From assembly GCA_022703585.1 (NCBI GenBank), contig JAKLDJ010000001.1:548006-612005 (forward strand): 64,000 nt of DNA, in the 5' to 3' direction. The position numbers and the translations under genes were made by a program. Source of the DNA: Candidatus Omnitrophota bacterium. Lineage in GTDB: Bacteria > Omnitrophota > Gorgyraeia > Zapsychrales > JAKLDJ01. A model generated the notes under the pieces. It worked only from the letters and a program-made list of their open reading frames with translations. It was not told where the DNA came from and did no database searches. Below, piece after piece: positions 50,038 through 59,399 of the stretch; the first letter of the stretch is position 1, and each line of letters starts with the position of its first letter.

Positions 50038-50567
50038 ATTTTATGATCAATAACATCAAACAGTTTCTCTCTTCGGAGATTTGCCTGTCCTGTGACGGGT
50101 GCTGTCGATTTCAGGAATCCGATAGCAGCTGGAGGCCAAAAATTACCGCGGATGATATCACCCAGACGGGAAAATCTAAATCACCGTCCGCTGTATACCC
50201 CAAAAATGCCATTGCCGTCGACGGCCGCCTAAAAACTGTTTTGGACAAGGCGCACACGTGTTATCTTTGTTGTTTCTTTATGCCCGAAACCAATGCCTGC
50301 CGCATTTATGAATTTCGGCCTTTCGAATGCCGGCTTTATCCTTTTCTTTTGACAAAAAAAGACGGCAAGGACATGATTGCCGTGCATCTGTATTGTCCGT
50401 TTGTCCGTAAAACAAAAGACAGTCCCGAATTCAACCGTTACGTCGGCTACCTAAAGGATTTATTTTCCCGGAAAGAGGTTATCGTTTTTATTAAGAAAAA
50501 TCCTTCTCTCATCGGCAACGAATCAAATTATCAGGACGAATTAGAACACCTTTTTACTATAGGTTAA
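50034..50567 (+). CDS. YkgJ-family Cys-cluster protein (UPF0153; putative Zn/Fe-S binding)
   Basis: CLSCDGCCRF and CYLCCFF...CRIYEFRPFECRLYPF motifs. Confidence 0.65.
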   Translation: MNFMINNIKQFLSSEICLSCDGCCRFQESDSSWRPKITADDITQTGKSKSPSAVYPKNAIAVDGRLKTVLDKAHTCYLCCFFMPETNACRIYEFRPFECRLYPFLLTKKDGKDMIAVHLYCPFVRKTKDSPEFNRYVGYLKDLFSRKEVIVFIKKNPSLIGNESNYQDELEHLFTIG

Positions 50568-50580
50568 AACCAGCCCTTCC

Positions 50581-51480
50581 ATGCCCCGGAACGTATTCAA
50601 TCAGAAAAATATCATTGAGGAATTCTTAAACAAAAAACGGCACGAGCTTTCGGCTTTTTCCTTCGTTAATATTTTTACCTGGCAGGAATTCTTTGAATTC
50701 AAGTGTGCGGTGATCGATGAAAATTTGTGCATTTTCGCCTACTATGACACGGGGTGTTTTCTTTATCTGCCGCCTTTGGGGGCCGGTGTTTCCGATCGTA
50801 CAATCCGGGAATGTTTCCGTATTATGGATTTAACAAATAAAGGCAGCGGTGTCTCGCGCATTGAAAATGTTCCCGAGGAAGACCTTGCTTTGTTTTCAAA
50901 GAAAGAATTTTCTTTCCTTAAGAAGGCCGACGAATATATTTACCGCCGGGGAGATATCGTTTCGCTTAAAGGCAATAAATTTAAGACCAAACGGTCAGCC
51001 CAGAATCATTTTTGCAAAAACTATCGTTACGAATTTTTGCCTTATAATGACACTATGCAGCAAGATTGTGTTAAGCTCTATGACCGCTGGGCCGGGGAGA
51101 GGCTTAAGACTCACAAGGATACAGTTTATGCCCAGATGATTGAAGATAGCCGCTCGGCTCACCGGCTGGCCCTAAAGAATTACGAAGCCTTGGGATTAGT
51201 CGGGAGGGTTGTGTGTGTTGACGGAGAAATCAAGGCGTACACATTCGGTTTTAAACTTAACCCGCAGACGTTTTGTGTGCTTCTTGAAATTACCGACCTT
51301 AGCGTTCAAGGCCTTTCGGTTTTTATCTTTAACAAATTTTGCGATGATGAAATGGTTAAGGGATTCGATTTTATCAATGCCATGGATGATTTTGGCCTTG
51401 AGAATATTAAAATAACCAAGATGTCTTTTCACCCCTGCCGATTGGCGCCGTCGTTTGTTGTTTCGCGCCGGGTGAAATAA
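50581..51480 (+). CDS. DUF2156-domain protein (GNAT-like fold related to the aminoacyl-tRNA-dependent transferase domain of MprF)
   Basis: FSFVNIFTWQEFFEFKCAVIDENLCIFAY and overall ~300-aa size match stand-alone DUF2156 proteins. Confidence 0.6.
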   Translation: MPRNVFNQKNIIEEFLNKKRHELSAFSFVNIFTWQEFFEFKCAVIDENLCIFAYYDTGCFLYLPPLGAGVSDRTIRECFRIMDLTNKGSGVSRIENVPEEDLALFSKKEFSFLKKADEYIYRRGDIVSLKGNKFKTKRSAQNHFCKNYRYEFLPYNDTMQQDCVKLYDRWAGERLKTHKDTVYAQMIEDSRSAHRLALKNYEALGLVGRVVCVDGEIKAYTFGFKLNPQTFCVLLEITDLSVQGLSVFIFNKFCDDEMVKGFDFINAMDDFGLENIKITKMSFHPCRLAPSFVVSRRVK

Positions 51481-51491
51481 TTGCAGAGATT

Positions 51492-52310
51492 ATGAAGAAT
51501 TTTGAAAGAACGGAATTTGTTATATTCGATGTCGAGACCACGGGCCTTTCACCCGAACGGGGAGACCGTGTCGTGGAGATAGCTGCTTTAAAGGTGAAAA
51601 ATTCCAAGGCCTTGGGGACATTTCATTCTTTGGTGGATCCCGAACGAGAAATTTCTTTCGGCGCTTTTGAGGTAAACGGGATTTCGGCTGAAATGCTTGA
51701 AGGCGCGCCGAAATCAGGAGAGATCCTGCCGGACTTTTTGAAATTTATCGACGGTGCGGTTTTGGTGGGGCACAATGTGTCGTTTGACTTAGGCTTCTTG
51801 CGCGAAGAGCTTTCCTTAAACGGCCTTTCTCTCAATTCCAAGATTCCTGTCGCGGATACTCTCAAAATGGCCCGGGGGCTTATGCCGAATTTAGGGCGGT
51901 ATCCGTTGTGGTTTGTCGCGCAATCACTGGGAATTGAGATGCGGCAACAGCATAGGGCGATGGCGGATGTTTACCTCACCTATGAGATTTTTTGCCGGCT
52001 GGCTATCCTGGCGGAGCAAAAAGGCATTAACGATACGCAAACATTTGTGCAGCTTTTTTCCGATGCCCAATATGCGGATACGGACAGTCGCCGCGCCAAG
52101 GTCTCGTTGATCGCGGAGGTTATTACAAAAAAAGAGCAGCTCAATCTTGTTTATTTTTCGACGAATAGCGCCGCGGCAACCGAGCGCAAGGTAACACCTA
52201 AGAAATTAGTCTTTCAGGGAGAAAAGGTCAAGCTGGTCGGGTTTTGTCATTTAAGAAACGAAGAAAGGGAATTTCGCTTGGATCGGATATTGCGCGTGGA
52301 TAGGGCCTAA
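51492..52310 (+). CDS. DnaQ-like 3'-5' exonuclease (DEDDh) with a C-terminal WYL-like domain
   Basis: Exo I FVIFDVETTGL, Exo II VGHNVSFDLGFL and Exo III H....AMADVYLT motifs; C-terminal KLVGFCHLRNEEREFRLDRIL. Confidence 0.75.
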   Translation: MKNFERTEFVIFDVETTGLSPERGDRVVEIAALKVKNSKALGTFHSLVDPEREISFGAFEVNGISAEMLEGAPKSGEILPDFLKFIDGAVLVGHNVSFDLGFLREELSLNGLSLNSKIPVADTLKMARGLMPNLGRYPLWFVAQSLGIEMRQQHRAMADVYLTYEIFCRLAILAEQKGINDTQTFVQLFSDAQYADTDSRRAKVSLIAEVITKKEQLNLVYFSTNSAAATERKVTPKKLVFQGEKVKLVGFCHLRNEEREFRLDRILRVDRA

Positions 52311-52474
52311 TTTGATTCTATTACTACCGAATTTTAGGGATATAGGATCAAATAGATAAGCGGAGCGATTGGCAGTAAGGGAAGGGCTTTTTCTCGCGGC
52401 ATTGCCGAGGTTTACTTAAAACTTTATCAGTTTTTTGTTTGCTCTTCATCGGCGATGCCGATATAATACAGACT

Positions 52475-53842
52475 ATGAGAATTAATACTTGTTTATTACT
52501 CCTTTCCGGCTGGGTTGTTCTATCCGCCGGTAGCGTATATGCCCAAACCTCCGCATCAGCACAAACAACTTCTGGCAACCCCAAGTTTACCTCTGCTGTC
52601 TGGAAAGAAAGTGTCGTGAATCTAAAACAGAGTGCGGATGCCCTCGCCAAGGATTACGATCAACTTGTCGCCGACAACGATCAGTTGCGCAGGGCCTTAT
52701 TAGATTTAAAAGGCTCGATGGAAGAAGCGGCCGGGGAAAATGAACGGTTGCGCAATGAACCCGTCCGGCTTAAAGGCCTCATTGAAGAACAGGACCAAAA
52801 AATCCGGTCGTTAAGCAAAGAATTCCAGATTATCAGCGCAGAAATTCCGGTATTTGAAAAAGAATATGCCGCGCTAACCCAGCAATTATCTAAAATTACC
52901 GAAAAACAAAAACCGCTGGAAGGGCAAGTGGCCGACCTCCAGGCAAAAAAGATTGCCCTCGAAATGGATTTAAAATTACAAAATTCAACTCCCGAGGCGG
53001 AAAAGAAACGGTTGACCGATGAAACGGAAAATCTCAGATTGCTCATTACTGACGCGCAGCAGAGAACAAAAGTGGCGCAGGATGCGGTCAAGGCTCTTAA
53101 TGCCGAAAGCTCCTCATCCACCGGCGATCTGCAGAAGGCAAGAGAGGAAAACCGCAAATTATCGTTAGAAGCGCAGAATATCCGCAATCTAATCAGGCAG
53201 AACGATGAATATGTACAAAAAATAAGCGATAAAAATGCGCGCATCGGCGAGGAAGATCGGGGAATCATTGATAAAAAGACTCTGGAAAAGTTCGTTCTCG
53301 AGGAAGAGATTCGGCGTATGGATGCGAAAACGGCCGAGGCCTCCGGACAGGATGCCGAACTTATTTCTTCCCCGCAAGCCGTTTTGATGGATGATTTGGA
53401 TGCTGCCCGGCAGGAAAATGACGATTTAAAGAAGAAGATTTCCGATTTAAATGAAGTTACCGTGAAACTCCAGCGGGATAATTCTATGGCGCAGGCCTTA
53501 TTGAATAATGCCAAAAGAATAAAAGAACCACCAGCAGTTGAAACAAAAAAAGAGGAAACGGCGAAGAGGGCAAATGTGGTTGAGGATGCTGTGACTCACG
53601 AAGCGATGGGCTATGCCTTTGCCGTCCAGGGCAAGTATGACGAAGCGGTCACGCATTACCTGGCGGCTCTCAAAGAAGGCGGCAATGCGAAAAACATTCA
53701 TTTTAACTTGGGATTTGTCTACTTTAAAATGGGCAATATCCCCGAGGCTATAAAAAATTATAGCAGAGTCCTCGAAATCGATCCCCTTGACCAAGACGCA
53801 AAGCGAAGCCTCGAAGAGATACGCGCGCTACCCTCGCCTTAA
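52475..53842 (+). CDS. Secreted coiled-coil protein with C-terminal TPR repeats
   Basis: Signal peptide MRINTCLLLLSGWVVLSAGSVYAQ, ~300 aa of heptad-rich E/K/L/Q sequence, then TPR-like AMGYAFAVQGKYDEAVTHYLAALKEG / NLGFVYFKMGNIPEAIKNYSRVLEIDP. Confidence 0.55.
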   Translation: MRINTCLLLLSGWVVLSAGSVYAQTSASAQTTSGNPKFTSAVWKESVVNLKQSADALAKDYDQLVADNDQLRRALLDLKGSMEEAAGENERLRNEPVRLKGLIEEQDQKIRSLSKEFQIISAEIPVFEKEYAALTQQLSKITEKQKPLEGQVADLQAKKIALEMDLKLQNSTPEAEKKRLTDETENLRLLITDAQQRTKVAQDAVKALNAESSSSTGDLQKAREENRKLSLEAQNIRNLIRQNDEYVQKISDKNARIGEEDRGIIDKKTLEKFVLEEEIRRMDAKTAEASGQDAELISSPQAVLMDDLDAARQENDDLKKKISDLNEVTVKLQRDNSMAQALLNNAKRIKEPPAVETKKEETAKRANVVEDAVTHEAMGYAFAVQGKYDEAVTHYLAALKEGGNAKNIHFNLGFVYFKMGNIPEAIKNYSRVLEIDPLDQDAKRSLEEIRALPSP

Positions 53843-53933
53843 AAAGATTCTAAACCTCCCGGGTGCCTGCAGCCCCCGAAGAGCTATTTTAAAATTTAAT
53901 GAACGGAGTATTTTGATAATGAAAGGAAAGCCC

Positions 53934-54419
53934 ATGGATGAAATTTTGGAAATATTAACCAATGATGCGCGCATTACCCCCGAAGAAATTGCCAAATTGA
54001 CCGGTAAGTCCGTTGACGCTATCAAGAAGGCGATTAAACAATATGAAAAAGAAGGTGTTATTGTCAAATACAAAACGTTGATTAATAAAGACCTAGTAAA
54101 AGATGCCAACTCTTTTGTCCGGGCCTTAATCGAGGTCAGCGTGGCACCCCAGAAGGATGTCGGTTTTGAATATCTGGCGGAGAGGATCTATAGCTTCCCG
54201 GAAGTCACCAGTTGTTATTTAGTCTCGGGGACGTATGACCTTTTGGTGATCGTTGAGGGAGAAAACATACAAACCGTTGCCAATTTTATTGCCTCAAAAC
54301 TTTCCCCCATGGAAAATGTCCGCGGGACCACAACCCATTTCTTGCTGAAGAAATACAAGGAAGACGGGCATATTTTAAAAAAAGCCGCTCAGGGAAAGAG
54401 ACTAAACATATCTTATTAA
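53934..54419 (+). CDS. Lrp/AsnC-family transcriptional regulator
   Basis: HTH MDEILEILTNDARITPEEIAKLTGKSVDAIKKAIKQYEKEGVI and a C-terminal RAM domain. The start is set at the ATG with RBS AAAGGAAAG. Confidence 0.8.
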   Translation: MDEILEILTNDARITPEEIAKLTGKSVDAIKKAIKQYEKEGVIVKYKTLINKDLVKDANSFVRALIEVSVAPQKDVGFEYLAERIYSFPEVTSCYLVSGTYDLLVIVEGENIQTVANFIASKLSPMENVRGTTTHFLLKKYKEDGHILKKAAQGKRLNISY

Positions 54420-54584
54420 GTTAAATGTCGGGCGAGCAGGTGAAATAAAAGATGAATTTGTGGTTTTCTCGTCTGAAATAAACTTAATTTTTCTTCTGTA
54501 AAATGCTATACTTGGTCTTATCGATGAGGCCTTTTTTTGTTTACCGAGAGGGCCTACATCAGATAAAAAATAGACGGAAACGAA

Positions 54585-55748
54585 TTGATGAATAAGAACT
54601 TAAATATATCAAAAAAAGTCGAGCAGCTCGCTCCTTCCGGGATACGGGCCTTCTTTGATCTGGTTTTAGGGATGAAGGAGGTTATTTCCTTAGGGGTCGG
54701 AGAGCCGGATTTTGTTACTCCCTGGCATATACGGGAAGAGGCTATCTATGCCCTGGAGAAGGGATATACCTCGTATACCTCGAATAAAGGGATGATCGAA
54801 TTAAGAAAAGAGATCGCCCGTTTTCTCGAACGTCGTTTTGGCCTTTCCTATGATCCCGAAAACGAAATCCTGGTGACCATAGGGGTCAGCGAGGCGGTCG
54901 ATTTGGCCATGCGGACCATTTTGAATCCCGGAGAGAAAGTCTTGATTCCGCAGCCATCCTATGTTTCCTACGGGCCGACGGTCGATTTAGCCGGCGGTAA
55001 ACCGGTTTTTCTGGAAACGGATATCAAAAGCGGCTTTAAGATAACGGCTAAACAGATCGACCGCGCTTTTACGCCGGGTACCAAGGCTTTGATGATCAAT
55101 TATCCCGCCAACCCGACGGGGACATCATATAACAAAGAGCAGCTTCGCGATATCGCCAGGGTTGTTCTAAAACGAAATATGTTTGTTATTAGCGATGAAG
55201 TTTACGATGAATTGACCTATGACTTTGACCATACGCCGATGGCCTCATTTAAAGGCATGAAAAAACATGTTATCTACCTAAACGGTTTTTCCAAGGCCTA
55301 TGCGATGACCGGTTTTCGTATCGGCTGGGCTGCCGGCCCGGCTAATGTTATTGCCGGGATGACAAAAATCCATCAATATACGATTATGTGCGTCCCGACC
55401 ATAAGCCAGATGGCTGCCGTTGAAGCTTTAAAAAACAGCTTTAAAGACGTCCTGGACATGAAGCGGGAATATATGCGCCGGCGCCGGTTTATCGTCAACG
55501 CCCTTAATGAAATGGGTTTGGATTGCCATAACCCGGAGGGGGCATTTTATGTTTTGCCGTCGATAAAAAGCACGGGAAAAAGTTCCATGCAATTTTCACA
55601 GGAACTCTTGGAAAGAAAGAAAGTTGCTGTTGTCCCCGGCACCGCTTTTGGCAAATCTATGGAAGGGCATGTGCGCATGTCCTATGCCTCCAGTTATGAA
55701 AACCTAAAAGAGGCTATGGCGCGCATTAAAAGTTACCTGGGAAAATAG
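54585..55748 (+). CDS. Class I/II pyridoxal-phosphate aminotransferase (AspC-like)
   Basis: PLP-lysine region SKAYAMTGFRIGW, N-terminal LAPSGIR and the GVGEPDF motif. Confidence 0.85.
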   Translation: MMNKNLNISKKVEQLAPSGIRAFFDLVLGMKEVISLGVGEPDFVTPWHIREEAIYALEKGYTSYTSNKGMIELRKEIARFLERRFGLSYDPENEILVTIGVSEAVDLAMRTILNPGEKVLIPQPSYVSYGPTVDLAGGKPVFLETDIKSGFKITAKQIDRAFTPGTKALMINYPANPTGTSYNKEQLRDIARVVLKRNMFVISDEVYDELTYDFDHTPMASFKGMKKHVIYLNGFSKAYAMTGFRIGWAAGPANVIAGMTKIHQYTIMCVPTISQMAAVEALKNSFKDVLDMKREYMRRRRFIVNALNEMGLDCHNPEGAFYVLPSIKSTGKSSMQFSQELLERKKVAVVPGTAFGKSMEGHVRMSYASSYENLKEAMARIKSYLGK

Positions 55749-55859
55749 TCTTTGTCTCTTGAGCCCCGTCTGAAGATTTGCTCCGGCGGGGCTTGCCATA
55801 TCTTTCTTAAAAGATTTATGACGGTGCACGATATTGAATAGAAAGGAATCAGAGAGGCG

Positions 55860-56243
55860 ATGCAAAAAAAGGAAACTAAGAATAGAGATGATATCGATTT
55901 TGAAATAAAATTCTTTGAGGACGTTCTTGTCAAACGGCCGAATCTTACTGAGGCCCTTACCGCCCTGGGGGATTTGTATACCAAAAAAGGGCTTTATGAA
56001 AAAGGATTGCATGTCGATCAGAAACTCGCCGGGCTTAAGCCCGATGACCCGATGGTCCTATACAATCTCGCCTGCAGTTATTCTCTGGTTAATGATATCG
56101 ATAATGCCCTGGCGACAATCAAGCAGGCTGTCGGATACGGTTATGATGATTTTGGCTATTTAGAGCAGGATAACGATCTTGTAAATCTGCGTCAAGACGA
56201 CCGTTTTAAACAATTTCTTTGCGACGTCAAGAAGCCCAAGTAG
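55860..56243 (+). CDS. Small TPR-repeat protein
   Basis: LTALGDLYTKKGLYEKGL and VLYNLACSYSLVNDIDNALATIKQAV TPR units. Confidence 0.55.
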   Translation: MQKKETKNRDDIDFEIKFFEDVLVKRPNLTEALTALGDLYTKKGLYEKGLHVDQKLAGLKPDDPMVLYNLACSYSLVNDIDNALATIKQAVGYGYDDFGYLEQDNDLVNLRQDDRFKQFLCDVKKPK

Positions 56244-56267
56244 CGATGACGATACTCCTGGTTAACC

Positions 56268-57389
56268 GTGGATAAAAATCAACAATCCAAAACCTACCAT
56301 CGTGTTAAAATCCTCCTCTTTTTTCTCAGTCTTCTTACCTACATCATTGTCTTTGCCGTTTTCATTGCCGGAGGCCTTTCGGTTTCTTTGAGGGATTTCT
56401 CCCTCAGCCTATTTACAAATCCGTTCCTTGTTATCCTGATCTACACGGGTGTACTGGGTATGGTTTTGTATTGGGTTGATTTTCCTATCAGATTTTTCGA
56501 AGGGTTTATATGGGAGCACCGGTTTCATCTATCGAACCAGAAATTCCCGCAGTGGCTGGCGGATGATTTAAAGAAGGCGTTCATCAGCGGCCTGGTTATT
56601 TTAGCGCTGGTGGAAGTTGTTTACGTTTTCTTAAGGAATTTCCCGCTCTACTGGTGGGCGGGGGCAGGGTTGTTCTGGCTTTTATTGACATTATTCTTAG
56701 CTAAAATAACGCCTAATGTCCTTGTCCCGCTATTCTACAAATATTCTCCCATTACCAGTCAGGATTTAAGAAACAATATCTTAAGGCTTTTTAAAGAGGG
56801 CGGCGTTGCTATCAAGGATGCCTACGCGGTTAATTTCTCGACGAAGACAAAAAAAGCGAATGCCTTTATTTGCGGGTTAGGAAAAAACCGGCGCGTGGTC
56901 CTAAGCGATACGCTCATTGAGAAATTTTCCATTCCTGAAATCGAGGCGGTGGTTGCCCACGAGATGGGCCATTACCGCAATCACGATGTCCTAAGGCTAA
57001 CCGTTGTCTATTTTTTGACGACCTTTCTGGGGTTTTATTTGATTGACCGGCTCATGCATTTTTTCCTTTCGCTTTTAAAGCTTAACCGCATGGATGATAT
57101 CGCTCTTTTTCCGGCGCTTGCCTTGTTTTTTCTGCTGTGGAGCTTTATAACAACGCCTCTTTTAAATGCCTATAGCCGTGCGCGTGAAGAAAAAGCGGAT
57201 GCCTTTAGCCTAAGATTAACGGGCAAGCCGGATGATTTTATTTCGATGATGGAAAAATTGGGTGCCATGAATCTGGCCGAATTTGATCCCGGTATTTTCG
57301 TCGAGTATTTTTTTTATGACCATCCGCCTATCGGCAAGAGAATAAGATTTGCAAAATATTTTTTTGAGGAAGATCATCTAAAGAAATAA
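56268..57389 (+). CDS. M48-family (Ste24/HtpX-like) membrane zinc metalloprotease
   Basis: HEMGHYRNHD (HExxH) plus a downstream E in EEKADAF; multiple TM helices. Confidence 0.8.
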   Translation: MDKNQQSKTYHRVKILLFFLSLLTYIIVFAVFIAGGLSVSLRDFSLSLFTNPFLVILIYTGVLGMVLYWVDFPIRFFEGFIWEHRFHLSNQKFPQWLADDLKKAFISGLVILALVEVVYVFLRNFPLYWWAGAGLFWLLLTLFLAKITPNVLVPLFYKYSPITSQDLRNNILRLFKEGGVAIKDAYAVNFSTKTKKANAFICGLGKNRRVVLSDTLIEKFSIPEIEAVVAHEMGHYRNHDVLRLTVVYFLTTFLGFYLIDRLMHFFLSLLKLNRMDDIALFPALALFFLLWSFITTPLLNAYSRAREEKADAFSLRLTGKPDDFISMMEKLGAMNLAEFDPGIFVEYFFYDHPPIGKRIRFAKYFFEEDHLKK

Positions 57390-57394
57390 ACGTT

Positions 57395-59395
57395 ATGGAA
57401 AAAATCCCGGAAAAAAGGCGCTACGTAAGACTCAACAGTGTTTTTCCCGTCGAATATAATGCCGTGCGCAAAGACAATGGAATAATTCTTTGCGATTGGC
57501 AGCAGGGCTTTACCTGTAACGTCGGTAAGGGCGGCATATGTTTGAGCGTTAATAATATCGGCGATGACCTTAAGAAATGTTTAAATACGCCGGATGTTAT
57601 TTTCGCCTTAAAAATACGCATTCCGTTATACGGCCCGCCTATCGCAGCACAGGCAAAGATGGTCTGGGTCCGGGAGGCTGAAGGTGCTATTCCTGCCAAA
57701 TATTTTATCGGCCTGGAATTTATTTCGGTCGCGCCCAACGATGTCCATCGCATGCTGATGCATACGCGCTGGGTTAAGTTTACTTCGCAGACGGCCGGCA
57801 TTTTGGCGGTTATTTTTTTGCTCGCGGTCGCTGCCAGCGGCATAGTTAATTTTAAACTAAGGGCCGAAAATAAAGCGCTGGTCGAAAATCTGGTGACGAC
57901 CCAGCAAAAAGAAAATCAAGCTGCCAAAATCTTATCTGATATTGACCGTGAAAAATCGATGCTTTCGGCACAAATCCAGGATTCCGTATCCCGCATAGAT
58001 GATTTACGCCGACAACTGGACGATGCCCAGAAACAAATCGAAGAAAAGTCCAGACAGACGACAACGCTTAACAAACAATTGGATATCTATGCCAAGCGGG
58101 TAGCGGATCTCAATTCCCAGATTGTGGAAATCTCTGTTCAAAAATCCCCGATGGAAGTTCAGTACGCCGCGCTTATTGAGAAAGAGAATATAATAGCGGA
58201 CGAACTTTCTCTTTTGGCTCAAAAAAAGGAAGGTTTACAAAAAACAGTTATCCAGAAAATGTACCGCTGGCTTAAGAATCATCAAGGCTCTTCGACGGGC
58301 TTGGTTTTAAGTTTTGAGGGCGATGTCGGCATTGTCAAGGATTGGGCTTTTATCTACGACCAGGCCTTGGCGGTTAATAGCTTTTTGATGTTCAACGATA
58401 TCCAGGGAGCGCAGAAAATACTTAATTTTTTTGTAAGAAAAGCCGGAAATAATTTTGAAGGTTTTTCCAACGCCTACTATTTTGACTCGGGCAATATCGC
58501 CGAATTTTCCGTCCATTGCGGTCCGAATATCTGGGTCGGCATTGCCGCGATGCAATATGCGGCGCAGACAAAAGATTCCCAGTATCTATCCCTTGCCGAG
58601 AAAATCGCCGACTGGTTGATTACGGTTCAGGAACAGGACCCGGCCGGGGGGTTGCGCGGGGGGCCGAAATTCAGCTGGTTCGCGACCGAGCATAATCTCG
58701 ACGCCTATGCCTTTTTTGGAATGTTGCAGCAATGGACCGGAAAAGAAAAATATAGCCTGGCGCAGAAAAAAGTCTTAAACTGGCTTAAGACCTATTCGAT
58801 GACGCCGCATAGCAGTGATTATCGTATTCCGCCGGTTAAAAGGGGCCGGGGTGATGCCACTATTGCTACCGATACTTTTGCCTGGTCCTTGGCCGCGCTG
58901 GGCCCGGAGAAACTCGTTGAACTGGATATGAGCCCTGAGGAGATTATGCGTTTTGCCGAGGAGCATTGTGGGGTGACGGTGGAATTTACCCGGCCCAGCG
59001 GCGCGACGGTGGCGGTCAACGGTTTTGATTTTGCCAAACACGCCCATATGCCCAGAGGAGGCATTGTTTCTCCGGAGTGGACATCGCAAATGATTATTTC
59101 TTATCAGATACTGGGCGACTATTTTCTTAAGAAAGGAAATTTGGCGCAGGCCGGCCTGTATAAAGAAAAGGCTAAAATGTATTTAGATGAACTCAATAAG
59201 TTGATTATATCGAGCCCATCGCCTAAAGGGCAGGGAGAGGGGTGTTTGCCGTACGCAACCCTCCAGGACGCGGATACCGGCCACGGATGGAGAACTCCGT
59301 ACGGAACGGATACCGGTTCAATTGCCGGCACCGCGTATATGATGATGGCGATTGAAGGTTATAATCCCCTAGCCTTAAGGATAAAAAGTAATTAA
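57395..59395 (+). CDS. Multidomain protein: N-terminal PilZ domain, TM helix, coiled coil, and a C-terminal ~400-aa domain resembling an (alpha/alpha)6 six-hairpin glycosidase/epimerase fold
   Basis: PilZ motifs RRYVRLNSVFPVEY ... NVGKGGICL, TM AGILAVIFLLAVAASGIV, and a heptad-rich segment. The C-terminal fold call is tentative, based on W/Y/G-rich helical-hairpin periodicity. Confidence 0.55.
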   Translation: MEKIPEKRRYVRLNSVFPVEYNAVRKDNGIILCDWQQGFTCNVGKGGICLSVNNIGDDLKKCLNTPDVIFALKIRIPLYGPPIAAQAKMVWVREAEGAIPAKYFIGLEFISVAPNDVHRMLMHTRWVKFTSQTAGILAVIFLLAVAASGIVNFKLRAENKALVENLVTTQQKENQAAKILSDIDREKSMLSAQIQDSVSRIDDLRRQLDDAQKQIEEKSRQTTTLNKQLDIYAKRVADLNSQIVEISVQKSPMEVQYAALIEKENIIADELSLLAQKKEGLQKTVIQKMYRWLKNHQGSSTGLVLSFEGDVGIVKDWAFIYDQALAVNSFLMFNDIQGAQKILNFFVRKAGNNFEGFSNAYYFDSGNIAEFSVHCGPNIWVGIAAMQYAAQTKDSQYLSLAEKIADWLITVQEQDPAGGLRGGPKFSWFATEHNLDAYAFFGMLQQWTGKEKYSLAQKKVLNWLKTYSMTPHSSDYRIPPVKRGRGDATIATDTFAWSLAALGPEKLVELDMSPEEIMRFAEEHCGVTVEFTRPSGATVAVNGFDFAKHAHMPRGGIVSPEWTSQMIISYQILGDYFLKKGNLAQAGLYKEKAKMYLDELNKLIISSPSPKGQGEGCLPYATLQDADTGHGWRTPYGTDTGSIAGTAYMMMAIEGYNPLALRIKSN

Positions 59396-59399
59396 TCTT

